The notes under the pieces were generated by a model. That model worked only from the letters and a program-made list of their open reading frames with translations, did not search any database and was not told where the DNA came from. Shown here piece by piece: positions 13,563-26,763 of a DNA stretch of 64,000 bases. The translations under genes were made by a program, and so were the position numbers. How positions within the stretch are numbered: the first letter of the stretch is position 1; every line of letters starts with the position of its first letter. This DNA comes from Octopus vulgaris (taxonomy: Eukaryota): the NCBI GenBank assembly GCA_951406725.2, contig OX597819.1:119226001-119290000 (forward strand), given 5' to 3'.

Positions 13563-13616
<54 letters not shown>

Positions 13617-13617
<1 letters not shown>

Positions 13618-15308
13618 CCAAAGATTAAGAAATGTTGCAGATAACATCCGGGCTACATATGTTTCATAGCGAGTAGAAACTTGGTAGTAGTAATTATCAA
13701 AGCGATGTGTATATCGCAGGCTACATTTCAGGACAAGGGCATCTTAATTATATGTCTACATTGCCATTACGAGACATAATATGAGACTCAGAGTATTCGA
13801 TTAATAAGATACATTTATTCTAATAAAGTAACTGTCTGTAACCCAGAGACCCAAACATATAAATCCAGAATACTTATAAATCTCTTTATCAACACTAATC
13901 CTAACACTTCAGCTATAATTGCATTACTAACACCCGATCCATAAACCTATGTTGTGACGAAAACGATGCCTCGTACAGAAATAAGTAACAATATAGACGG
14001 TATTATCGGACAGGAAAACTATTATAAAATGCACCCACCTGACGTCTTACTCAACCCCATTAATAAATACCAATTCTAACGCCACCAGTGATAATGAACC
14101 TAACAACGGACTTTCGCTAAATAACAATCAACCCACAAATTCAGGCACAGCACCCACTATAACCCTTTGCAGCTGTAGACGCCCAATCTCATGTCTCTTA
14201 GATAATCGTTGCCTTACTAAAAATATTATTTACAAATGCACTGTATATGTCGGCTGGTGCAGCTTCACCTTCAAATTTAGAGTGGGCAACCACAACTCTA
14301 GCTTCAAGTCTCAAGCAAAATCGACACTACGTCTTTATTACATTTAATATATAAAGTTAAGAACAAATCAATTTCTTACACTTTGAAGAGGCCCATGGTC
14401 ACATATGCTAAAACGTATAACGACTATAACAATAGGTGCGATTTTTCCAAAGTTGAAGTCTTATCCGTTATGTAATCCAGTGATTGTCTGAATGAACCCA
14501 ATAGCATAAGTTTTACACGTCGCTACAAATCAAGTGATCGATTCTCCAAATACAAAAGAAAACGACACCCCAAGTATAGTCATTACTTAACTTCCCCCTT
14601 GACCTCATAGATATTTCCCTATATTTACTCACGCAACAACCAACTTCTTAACCACCTCTATATTCCCTAAAACACCTTATTTCTTACATTTATCTTTCTT
14701 TTATATATTTTTCCTTACCCTGTATACCATATAATTTCTCTTAATCTGATTTCCTCCACACCCATCACCGCTCCCTTTCAAAACTTACAACTGCATACAC
14801 ACACATATACACCTCTACTAGATCATACATACGCACAATACATGCACGCAAACTCAACAATATTCTTAGACTTAAGCCATTTCTACCTTTCCTTCCTTTC
14901 TGTAGATTTTAAATTTCACTAATACTATCTCTTTACTATTGACACCATCGTTTTCTTACCAAAGACAACAAATATATTATCCTCCTCCACTCTCCCTTTC
15001 CCTCGACACCATCACCCTTTTCTTCTCTTTATCTAGTGACTTTTCTTTAGCTAATTTTAGTGTCGAGTCATTTGTAGATTTCTCATAAGTGTATCGAATA
15101 TGATTGGACCTTGCTACTTGCTTTGTTGTTCCTCTGATTCGCGTACATAGGCCGTGAATGCAGATTATAGTTTATCTTTTGTTTCTCTACTCATGTAAAT
15201 TCCATGCCTTACTAAAATATTTTATGTAGTGTGTATTGCTTAGATTTCATATTCTATACTTAATACTATAAGTACAGGATATAAAAGATTATATTATTTC
15301 TTGGTTAT
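13617..15308 (+). mobile_element. Penelope-like element fossil with GIY-YIG endonuclease remnant (14168-~14570)
   Basis: CSCRRPISCLLDNRCLTKNIIYKCTVYVGWCSFTFKFRVGNHNSSFK matches the Zn-knuckle/IY..YxG..FKxR..NH..SF pattern of PLE GIY-YIG domains. Outer boundaries are uncertain. Confidence 0.75.
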
Positions 15309-15787
15309 GATTCTTTTCTCAGCTTCATTTAATTCTTCTAAGATTTAATTCCTTCAAATTAAATTACTTTGATGTTTTCGTTATTATCGCATCATTTTCC
15401 TTTTCAAATGAATTCAACATGGTGATTTTTATTTCTGGAAGACTTGATATTTTCATTGGTTTGGCATTTGAAAATATAACTTTGAATTACTAAAATGGTT
15501 AAGCAGATTATAGATGACAATATTTGTGTAGATACTACAGATTATCACGGAGATAAAAGGATATTTAAACGAAACAAATAAAGTGAACAGAAACGATAGA
15601 TTATGATTTGTAAATGTCACAAAACTTTATGTAAAATGAAGCAGAAATTCAATGGACGTCATACATACATATGACTGAAATTAGTAAAATACATAATACA
15701 CACGCATGCACGCATGTACACACGCATGCATGTTCATAAACACACACATAGAAATATATATCTAGATAGATAGATAGATAGATAGAT

Positions 15788-16167
15788 ATGTTTCTTTATT
15801 AGCCACACAGGGCTGCACACAGACAGGACAGATTACAGGGTAGAGCTTTTCTTTTGGGGGAGAGAAGGAGAAAAAAGGGGTAGGTTTTCAATCAAAAGGG
15901 AACGTAAAAGGGGAAAAAAGGAAAGAAGAAACGAAAAAAAAAGAAAAAAACGGAAAGGAAAAAAACGACCAATAGGATTCGTGTATCACAGAAATTTCAT
16001 GATGTAAAGGGTAAAGGGGGAAGCAGATAAGGTTTATCCGTGGAAAGAAAAGCCTACGGAAAAGACCACGCTAACCTCGGTCAATAATGTTACATGTTAC
16101 CATATTTGTTTGCAAGTAGGTAACCTTCTGTTTTAAATTTTCCCGGGTTCATACGATTATGCTCAAG
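15788..16167 (-). mobile_element. 3' end of a second, diverged Tx1-like LINE copy
   Basis: Same terminal TGTGTGCAGCCCTGTGTGGCTAATAAAGAAACAT, shared GGAAAGAAAAGCCTACGGAAAAGACCACG block and last codons LSIIV*. Flanked by (GATA)n and (GACA)n. Confidence 0.9.
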
Positions 16168-16191
16168 AGACAGACAGACAGACAGACAGAT

Positions 16192-17526
16192 AGTATATAT
16201 AAATCGCAGTATGTGTGTGTATAATGACTAACGCCCAAAATTCTCGACCGATTTTCACCAAACTTTACGCACTTATTACTTATGCCTGAGGGATGGTCAT
16301 ACACTATAACATTAGCCCTGAATTCACGCGTAAATGCACGTAAATGGAGATAGTTTTCATGTATGTAGGATTTCGCACACATTTTAAATCTTTTTATAAC
16401 AGTGGAAGTATCTTGTCTATTTATTTATTTCCACTGTCCAACTGTATAAATAACAGTATGTGTGTGCATAAGGATTAATGCTTATATTTCCACAATTCTC
16501 AACCGATTTTCACCAAACTTTACTCACACATTACTCATGTCCCAACGATGGCCATGCACTATAACATCTTTCCCAGTACTACGTAAATGGGCATATATTT
16601 TTTTTACATTTTTTATCTTTTTATAAAAGTGAAACGAACTTTTTGTCTATTTATTTCCGCTCTGCACCTACGCCATTGATTCAACTGACTAGGAACACTG
16701 CACACGATAAATATCCGATAACAAAATATCTTAATCTGCATATTTAAACTGCATTAAACTTTGGCAAGCTTACCTTTACCTATTCTGAGTACTTGAAATG
16801 TGAGGTTCTTTTGCCGATACCATTGTTTAGTTTTGATACCGTTGTTTCACTTTGAGGTTGCTTATTTACCCATCATTATGATATTTCGATTGATGTCCAT
16901 TGTTTCACATACGTTTTAGAATTGCTGTTTTATCCCTTTTACAAAATCACGTATGATTCGTCCTAAAGAATAAACCTTTAGATAAGAGTTTTGCTTCCAC
17001 TAGCGAAAGCTATGCGTATCTTTCAGAAAGCTCCATACCATATTTAACTTTATTCGACATTCGCTTTCAGTTTATGCGCAGGCATTGTGGGAAAACAGAA
17101 TAAAGGGGCTTTTGTTAGCTTATCTCTCCGGAAAAATGCCTCCCTTTGCTTTTGAATAATACAAACTGGCAGATGGGAAATTTCAACGTCTCCCTTCAAT
17201 TTTCTTACGGCATTTATGCGGCTGTTTCTCACAAGAAATTTTGCTTTCATGTAAAACAACATTATTTTGTATTCATTATCCGTAATTTACTCCCAAAACA
17301 CTTCAGTCGCTCTACTTTGCATCGTTTGCAAAATTATATGTTCTGTAATCATTAAAGTGCAAAGACTTCCACCATAACCAGCCTTCAACTTCATTTGCCG
17401 GTTCTAGGCTAATCGGAAACTTAGATTGCCGTGTTACTCATAAATCTTCTCGGTAGTTCAATTCTTTGGTGAGAAAGATACCACCAATGCAACTTAAACT
17501 ATATAAAGGGCGGGTGGGTTCCCTAG
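16192..17526 (+). mobile_element. Possible non-autonomous Helitron-like element
   Basis: Starts TATATATAAATCGCAGTATGTGTGTG..CCGATTTTCACCAAACTT (duplicated at ~16445) and ends CGGGT...CTAG/T. The 3' hairpin is not clear. Confidence 0.35.
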
Positions 17527-17588
<62 letters not shown>

Positions 17589-17623
17589 CATATGCAGAGA
17601 GAGAGAGAAAGAGAAAGAACGGG

Positions 17624-17696
<73 letters not shown>

Positions 17697-18049
17697 CTTA
17701 TATATGAATGGAGTAACTGTCGGGATATAGACTCAGGTCGTATTTTCCACTTAATTATGTATATCATCATCGGCAATTTATTGTAATGATAGAACATATA
17801 GGAGCCATACTAATAGAATGTGGTTCATCTCTCAGAGATTAACAACATGCTCTCCTATTTCGTGTTTTCCTTAAACACTAGTTTTTCATTTTGAACTATG
17901 TCCATCTCTGCATATTTTCTTTCTTTTATTCTTTTATTGTTTTGCTTCTTTCAGTCATGAATCAGCTACTATGCTGGTGAGCAATCACGCACACACACAC
18001 ACAGGCGCACTCACACACGCACACTTACACACACACACACTCATATTGA

Positions 18050-18440
18050 ACTGTTAGAAGTAGGGCTCAACACCACATTGGTGGATAGACATTCTTTATT
18101 CTGGGTTAAGAATTCCATAAGCGATTTCATTTGAAAGGATATGAAAAATACTTTAAACGTGCCATATGGAAGCGTTGGAACTCGTCTGCGTTTTGGATAG
18201 GATTAGCAAAATAAAGACGACTACCAGCACTCATTCACTCACAAAGATTTGGTTGTTCCGGGACAAAGTAGAAGTCATTTTATCAAAGTACATCGAGGTT
18301 GGACTGACCCCGGAAACATGTGATTCGACTTTCGCAGACAGCTTGAGTCCACCGCTTGCAAGTGTCTCACGACAAGGCGTTGCATCTGCAACACATAGTC
18401 TGCCTGAAACGAAGACGAATTGAATAAATGACTCGAGAAA
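18050..18440 (-). mobile_element. Degenerate CR1/Jockey-like LINE 3' fragment
   Basis: Minus-strand RLWNS*P motif near 18100-18125. Confidence 0.4.
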
Positions 18441-20159
18441 AACTAGAATTTGTGTTGGTTTCTACCTACTCTATACATGCGTTGGGTTATTTACGTCTCT
18501 ATAGTCTAGCTTTTCGAGAAAATTGCCTAAGTAATAAGGACTGTTGTCTGTTCTATTGAGTAAACAAGTTGTCAACTTATTGCTCCAGCATGGCAGAAGT
18601 TCTATCACTGAAACAATCTGATTATAAAAGATAAAAGATATAGAATATCAAATGTGTGTGTGCGTATATTCGCATACAATTCACCTATAGATTATGTTAT
18701 GCACATATATATGTGAATGTGTGTCTGTATGTGTGCGTTTGTGCATGTGTATGCGGGGTGCGATGCACATGAAATATTTTTGTAGACTCACAAGTACACA
18801 TATCTACAGAGATGAAAGTAGACATTTTGTTAGAAGCGTGTTAAATAAGATTATGCACGATTAGAGACGTGCCTGCACATGTATTTGTGAATAATGGTGA
18901 GGCTTCCCTTAGAAGCATTTATATATGTTATGTTTTCTCTGTGTGTTCGTTGTGAAAATTCATGTTCTTCATAATATGCTTTATGTATATTGACATTACA
19001 TGTAAAATGCAGGCGGCTGAATTGAAAGTGTACCGTTTCTTCACAGCCCACTCAAATAAAAAAAAAATCATGCACCAACTCCTTGCATCAGAATGAAAGC
19101 AATAATGAAACAATGGGATCCAACTTAGAGATGTATACTGTCGCAAAACTAATTCAAAGAAGTTAATCAATCATATAATAATGGTTTCCATGCGTATTGT
19201 TTCTGACATTCGTTGCTTTTCGCTTTCTTTATTTATTGGTATCTGGCGTCACGTCCCGCTGACATTGATAGACAACCTCTTTAAAATCAGTGAACTCCAA
19301 ACGAAAGTCGAAGAGAATTGCCAAGCAAGGAATGATGAGTATTAAAAAAAAAGCAAGTATATAGTATAATAGTAAAATATAAAGAAATACAAAGCATGAA
19401 TCAAGTATAAAGCGAAGTAGAGCCAAAAGAATAAAAATCAAGAAAGGCAAAAATATAAATGAAAAAATAAAATTAACGTTAGAAAGAAAATAAAAACAAA
19501 AATAAATATTAAAATATGCCAAAAGAAATATCTAAATAATTTTCAAAAAAAAAACAAAATAAAGCAAAATATTAAACGAAATATTAAGAAAAGAGGGGGA
19601 AATGCCAATGAAGAAAACATAAAGAAAAGCGAACAACTATATTTCGAAAATGAATGCAAATTTAAATAACACATTCGAGTTATATCTAATAAAATAAGAG
19701 ACTGATTTTCGTAGAAAATGTCCATCTAATGGAAATTTCTGATATTTATGAGTAAACATTTAAACTAAATCTTGAAACACTTACAAATACATTTATTGAT
19801 TTTTACTGAAACTGTAATTAAATGAGACTGATGCTTTTTACTGGTTTATGCGAAAGATTCTCGCTAATTGCCTTACAGCATATTTAGAGAATATGGTTGT
19901 CGCCATAAGTGATGGGTATTTATTATTTTATGTAATTATTTTATTTTCGAGGTCTTTCGTTCTTTGGTTTTTTACGTAAAAACTGCGAAGTTATATAGTA
20001 AAATATATGACGATGATTCTCTGTGGTGTATTTTCTAAATGTCGAGCGTTGAGAGATGTAATTTCATTTTAATGAATGGGTTTCTGTATTGCAAGATAGT
20101 TGAAACAATAGCTGCATCTTATCATTGAAAACATTGCGTTAATATGTTGCTGTTGCTTG

Positions 20160-20464
20160 TCCCTTGTCGAACCATTCCTGACTCATAAGGCCCGTTTTCC
20201 CGGTTTCATTGGCGTATAGGTTACACGCCTGGGCGGGACGCTGGCGTCGCAGATGATCTACTAGATGCAGGGGGATAGAGTGAGAGGTAGAGAGAGAGAG
20301 TTGTGGCGAAAGAGTCACCAGAGGTTCGCCGTTACCTTCGACTGCAGCCGCGTAGAGCTTATGTGTTTCGCTCTTAAACACACAAATCACCTGCTCTGAA
20401 ATTTGAACCCCCGATAGCTCCACTACGAGGCCTCTGCTCTAACCATTAGGCCATGTGCCGCCAC
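20160..20464 (-). mobile_element. SINE family B, tail variant 2
   Basis: tRNA-like head GTGG..GCACATGGCCTAATGGTTAGAGCAG. Tail shared with the copies at 36215 and 58757. Confidence 0.8.
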
Positions 20465-20767
20465 ATTACTTTATTATAGAGCGGTTATTTATTCAATGTT
20501 GACCATAGTGTGATTTCATTGAATAGAGTTAGCATTTGTTTGTTATTTCATAGTTGATGGCCAGTAGATGTTCTACGTGCTCCAGATTATCTTAAGAAGT
20601 TAAGAATATTCAGTTATCGATTTTTGAAAGAAAACAAAGTCCCAATATCGGAGCTCAATGATATGCGTATTTTATTTGATTACTTACATGTACATATCTA
20701 TGCGTGCGCAGGATTGTGTTTTTTATGTTTGTGTGCGTGCGTGCTTGTGTGTGTACATATATATATA

Positions 20768-20931
20768 TTTCTTTACTACCCAGAAGGGGCTAAGCACAAG
20801 GGGGACAAACAAGGACAGACAAACGGATTAAATCGATTAAATCAACTCCAATGCATAACTGGTATTTAATTCATCGATCCCGAAAGGATGAAAGGCAAAG
20901 TCGACCTCGGCGGAATTTGAACTCGCCGCCT
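20768..20931 (-). mobile_element. SINE family C fragment
   Basis: Reverse complement of GAGTTCAAATTCCGCCGAGGTCGACTTTGCCTTTCATCCTTTCGGG. Confidence 0.85.
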
Positions 20932-21561
20932 TGTACGTGTACACATATAATCACACAAACAATTCCATGAGAGCATCCAGGAGCCCCATTGTCTTCATGT
21001 ATATTCTATTCAGATATAGTTGAAATGCACTGTACGCAAGTTCAATTTCTGTAATAGGCAGACAGCAACATTTATTTAGAGACTAGATCATGAATATTCC
21101 TCCCATCAATGATCACCTTACAGTGTGTAAGTAATAGCGTAACGTGAAAGAGACCAGTGTTACTACTCGAAATGAGCCTCAACGCAGCAAATTAGCCACT
21201 GAGAAGCACTTAGATTTAAACTTTACACGGTGGAACGAATGCAGGGAAAATATGCCGCAATATACACCACGACGTTACTGGACCCACTGCTCCCAAAATT
21301 TGGTGCTGGAAGTTATGCAGCACTGGATGTCAAAATATCAGACACTACAATAGCTCAGGATTCATGTTTCTATAGATATTTAATATCCTCTAGACGGAAG
21401 CGAGGAGCATACATGGTCCAATTTAGCTGTCTTGAAAAAAAAAATCAGATTGCATCAACTTCTATCAAGATTTCAATGTGTGCAAACTTCGCGACAAGTA
21501 GTGGTATTGAAACCTTCAGTATCGAAGTGCCTCATTCACCAAATACCGATTATTAAAAAGG

Positions 21562-21622
<61 letters not shown>

Positions 21623-21624
21623 AA

Positions 21625-22037
21625 GAGTGGTTGTGTAGTAAGTAGCTTTCTTACCAACCCCATGGTTCCGGATGCAGTCCCACTGCATGGAACCTTGGAC
21701 AAGTGTCATCTACTATAGCCTCGGGCCGACCAAAGCCCTGAATGTATTTGGCAGACGGGAACTGAAAGAAGCCTGTCGTATATATGTATATATATATATA
21801 TATATATATGTACGTGTATGTGTATGTTTGTGTGTCTGGGTTTGTCCCCTCAACATCGCTTGACAACCGATGCTGGTATGTTTAGGCCACGTAACCTAGC
21901 GGTTCAGCAAAAGAGAACCGATAGAATCAGTACAAGGCTTACTACGAATAAGTCTTGGGGTTGATTTGCTCGACTAAAAGCAGTGCTTCAGCATAGCCAC
22001 AGTCAAATGACTGAAAAAATGTAAAAGAGTAAACGAG
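21625..22037 (+). mobile_element. SINE family A
   Basis: Colinear with 34249-34684. Confidence 0.9.
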
Positions 22038-22284
22038 ATATATATGGAAGTGTGTATGTTTTAAATATATTGGGATAAGCTTACCTGGATATGGATGTGT
22101 GGCGTTCATTGCTCGAAGTAGGGAGTAGAAGGACAGTCGACAACTGATGAAGGGGCTTTTTTATGTTATTTGTCTTGTTTTCCCTCTGTTTCTCTCGTTC
22201 TTTGCGTAACCAACTTTATTTTCGTATTTCATGTTTACACTTTATGACGGTGTCCTGTGCCCATATGTGCGTACACACACACAT

Positions 22285-22327
<43 letters not shown>

Positions 22328-24232
22328 CATATACATGCATATATATGGAGCAATAGGTTGACAGAAGGAAAGAACGACATAAAACTGTAATATAAGTAAT
22401 AAGATCAATAATGTGGTAACTTATATTGCAACACTGATCTCCTCGACTTTATCGATCACAAACTCGACGTTAATTTAATGTAATCATTCCACCTAACAAA
22501 CCAGGCTACAGCACTACTTGATTTAAGGTATTGGAAGCCAAGATCAGCAAAGTTTCTATGGCTTTCATTAGTTATATATATATTCAACATGTTCGTGGCG
22601 TGATATGAATTGATTCCTGTGTTATCTTCTGTAAGTTCAGGTTTTGCTGCTTATAGATGGCATCCACTTGTATGCAATGCAGATCATTTTATATGTCATT
22701 TTGCATAAACTTCATCGCTCAAGGAATAAAATAGTCTCTCAATATAGAAATATTAATGTTCCCCGTGCAGGAATTTGTAAATGTGTCTGTCAATATGTGC
22801 GTATCCTTATATAAATATATATGTGTGCACATAACCTAATGGTTAACTTCTGTTACAATTTTTTTTTTATTTGATATTGCATTGATTCTAAAGAAGAAAA
22901 TAAAACAAATATTTTAAAAGGAAATGTCATGTTTAGAAAAATAAATACTAAATACCAAATCCCTATCGGCGTAATGTCATAATTTTATTGAATGATATGA
23001 CATAGCTTTTATACAGAGCTTTCATAATCAATGTTTTAAATTAAAATATGTCCGTTATATTTTCAGACAATCAGGCGCCGAATATATCACTTTAAAATGC
23101 TTATTTTGCAACATTTTAAAAGCATAACTAATTTCCGTGCCTAGAGCTGATATTGCAGTAGATTGTTGAAAAATATGTCTTAATAGAGTTTTAAACATTC
23201 ATTTCATAGACCTCAATATAAAACTATGGGAGAGGTACAAAAGACTAAATAAAACATTGAATGAGCATTTAAATATTTTGGAAATATGAAAACAGTCCAT
23301 AAAGCAGAATAATTGAGCAGAGTAGTTCCATGACACATAAACTTATTCAATGTAATATTGAATATCAGTTACGTCCACCTGAAAATATAAATACATTCAT
23401 ACATAATTACATGCATTTATGTACATGTACATATATATACACACATATCTATCTATACCTACACACACACATATATATATATATTAAATGATTATTATTT
23501 TATTATCATTCGGCTTCTATTGACTGCGTATTATAGTTTATAATACTTATTTCAGTCTATTAATTACAGCATAGAAATGTTAGCTATATGTAATATGTTT
23601 ATATAATTATCTTATTTTAAATATGGAAAAGAAAAGGAGACGCAGAATGAATGGAGATAATTACACAGGTAGATAACCAATTCAGTTTCTATGTTTGTTC
23701 TGGCTCAAAGCAACTCTTCGTTGTTCACATAGGGAAATGCCACCGATAAGAATATTACTGGTTACAACTAATGTATGTGCGGGTATATGTTCAACGAAAG
23801 CGAATGAGGCACATGCTGTTTTCCTATCTTTCTTTTTCGTCATTTTTATCAACAGTATTGCATCTTAATTTGCTTTTTATTTCAGCATCGTTATATTCAA
23901 CATTATTCTTCAGTCTAGGTTATATGTTTCATTTTTCTGTTTTTTCTCCGATCTGTTCTTCACTTTCAATGATTTGGAACGGGAGCAGTAGTCCTACTGT
24001 GGCGATCGGCTGAAATAATACTATAACGGTGATCCTATCGCGGTGAGTGGCGATTCTTCATACATTAGTGAAAATATAGTTTGCAACTTGTCCTTCATTA
24101 AATGCTGCATCCTGTTAACTTTCTCCATCCCCGCGTTAGACATGCAGTTTCAAAATAGTGCAATTCTCGCAGCTAGAATTCACATTGCTTTATTTTGTCA
24201 TAAATGGGGAAAAGTAGGAATAAATCTTCTAT

Positions 24233-24435
24233 ACTGTTCTATATTTAAGAAATGAGGAATTATGTACATTATTTACATTATTTTACATTATTTATATTTG
24301 ACGGATATTTGTCTTTATCTTATTTGTTGTTAAGTTTAAGCTGATACACCCTCCAGCCTTCATCGGATGTCTTGGGAAAATTTCGGACCTAGGTTCTCAT
24401 TCCTAAGGTATTTTTCGATGTTGTTGTTATTGTTG

Positions 24436-24497
<62 letters not shown>

Positions 24498-24684
24498 GTT
24501 GTTGTTATTATTATTGTTATTATTATTGTTATTATTATTATTATCATTATTATTATTATTGTTATTCAGCTCACTGCCTGGAATCGAACTCGGAATCTCG
24601 GGGTTAGTAGCCCGCGCTCTTAAACACTACGCCATAGAAAACAAGATGAGGTAAAATATCCGTCACATTTAAATAATGTAAATA
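24233..24684 (-). mobile_element. Composite short retroelement: tRNA-like head + (AAT)n + HHR-bearing Penelope-like tail, with an inverted tail fragment
   Basis: Head 24636-24566 reads TGGCGTAGTGTTTAAGAGCGCGGGCTACTAACCCCGAGATTCCGAGTTCGATTCC. Degenerate HHR at 24370-24333. 24637-24680 is an inverted copy of 24284-24328. Confidence 0.65.
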
Positions 24685-25626
24685 TTCTACATTTGGAAAA
24701 AAAAAACATTGCATTAACTTCATTTGCCCCAGACAAGAAAAATTATTTTGAATATTTCACTTCTCAAAATGAAGAAAAATATCGTTTCCCTTTTGAATAA
24801 ATTACGATTTATGATATCTTGTTAAAATTACCTATAACGCCAAAACTGATTGAAACATTAAGACGGATTTCAGATTAACGTTTGGAGAATGAATGAAGGT
24901 GAGAATACATTCTAGCGACATTTTCAAAATGTTTCAGTACAAACATTTTGGGGAAATTGCAAAGTTTGAGATTAATACGCAATATAAACACACGCTGTGT
25001 ATCATGGCATAGAGAGAGTTGATTGCGAAATATCATGCGATGTCCGTTTATTGGCTCAGTATATTGGAGAGGCCTGGATGGAGTACGCGGTGATTGGCTG
25101 AGCGTCATCATTCGCTGCTTTTCTATCATGAAATAGTTTTACGTAGTGCACGCTGATAATTCATGAAAAAGAAAGCTATGAAAGAAAATCAATCAAGATA
25201 CGTTAGAATCAATGGTTGTGTGTTTCTCATCATATTAGTAATAAGGTGTACTGGCATTCAAAGGCCACATAAAATCCTTACCTGGTAAGGAACTTATACA
25301 TTCAAACATACACACACACACACTCACGCATACACAAGCACATACATAGATATACATGTGTATATGTGTGTGTGGGAGTTTGCATGTTTATTAACCGTCC
25401 GATTCTGCTCCAAATTAAATTATTCTTCGTAACATCTCCCAGAATCGACATTCGTTCTGCTGTACAATTAAATTTGTTTGGATATTTATCTTTGCTTTGA
25501 GCAGTAAATATGGAACGTATTTGAGATATTAAGCTAGATCTCTTGTAAGCAAAATCAAACACGTCAGGAATTTAAGGTTATCGTCTAAGTGTTCTTCGAC
25601 ACACTTGCACACACGCAGGCACACAG

Positions 25627-25669
<43 letters not shown>

Positions 25670-25917
25670 CATACACACTCACTCTCTCTCTCTTTCTCTC
25701 TTCCTCTCCAGTTGATAACAACATGTTGAACAGCCGATCAAAAATTTACTCATACAAATACGATACTGTGGCTGCTTATGTTAGCTGAGGAGGCTTGGTC
25801 TGCACAATGGGGCCTAGTTCCCCACCCATTAGGGAGTTCGTTGTACATATTAAAGTTTTCAGTTCACTCTGTCTTACGTATCAATTATTTAGAAGATATA
25901 TATATATATATATATAT

Positions 25918-26128
25918 AGTTAATCCAAGCATGAATTCAGAGACAACAGAACAATGTGAGGACGTGGAACAAGTATAGTGTTATTGGACGCTCAGGGAAG
26001 GAAAGGAAGAAGGAGGATTAAACGTTTCGAGCGGAGCCCTTCGTCAGAAACACAGAAAAAGGAAACGTCCAAAGAAGGGAAGACGGAGAAAGAAAATCGC
26101 CAACGATACACACGCGGTCACATATTGA
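25918..26128 (-). mobile_element. Short Penelope-like/retrozyme element with minimal HHR (26052-26016)
   Basis: GUUU-CUGACGA-AGGGC-UCC-GCUC-GAAA-CG-UU. Homologous copy at 28318-28530. Adjoins (TA)n. Confidence 0.7.
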
Positions 26129-26763
26129 ATATATACGTGTGTGTGTGTGTATAACTTACTCTCCTCTGACTGCTGCCGGTACGTAACCCGTGGCCAACCT
26201 TACTTTCTCTCCCCTTTTTACATCGGTCGCGTAGCCGAACGGTCTTAATTTCTCTTTGTTTCACTGGCACATGTCTTGCTATTAGCTGTTTTTCTAACCC
26301 TTTACCATTGCATTCTATTCTTGTCTTTTTTGCCCTGAGACTATATTTTGATCGTTTCTTGCTTATTTTGTTTTTTGTCCTTCGTCGATCGTCTCAAATT
26401 ACATGTATACACTTTTGTACGTCCAATTTCATGTCGCTTCTCATCCATCTATTTTTGGCTCTCGGTCCTATATTCTCCGCAAATTTCGCGGGCACCACCA
26501 GTTTGGGGAATTTCTTAGCCTAATCATTAATGGTGCGAAACTAATTAATACTATCTGGTTGATAACTGATAAAGAATTAGGGAGCTTCTCTCTCTGTCTT
26601 CCGTCCGTTTGTGCACTCAATATACGTTATACTGTTTTATCCACTTTTGTATAACGTTTCCATGTATAATATATTTTATTCACTATAAGTATAAGTAATG
26701 CCACTGAAATCTTTTTAATTGTGGCGTATGTATTTACATTACATTTTCCATTTTCCATTTATA

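Noticed and set aside
13620-13740. Possible HHR on the minus strand (CTGAAAT...GCTAT-GAAA-CATATG-TA)
   Set aside because: The core deviates from CUGANGA and stem I does not pair. At most a decayed relic.
21144-21556. Non-repetitive ORFs of 69 and 108 aa
   Set aside because: No recognisable motif or convincing splice context.
24566-24636. Possible tRNA gene
   Set aside because: The acceptor stem does not pair, and the sequence is embedded in a composite repeat. Treated as a SINE-type head, as are the heads of families A-D.
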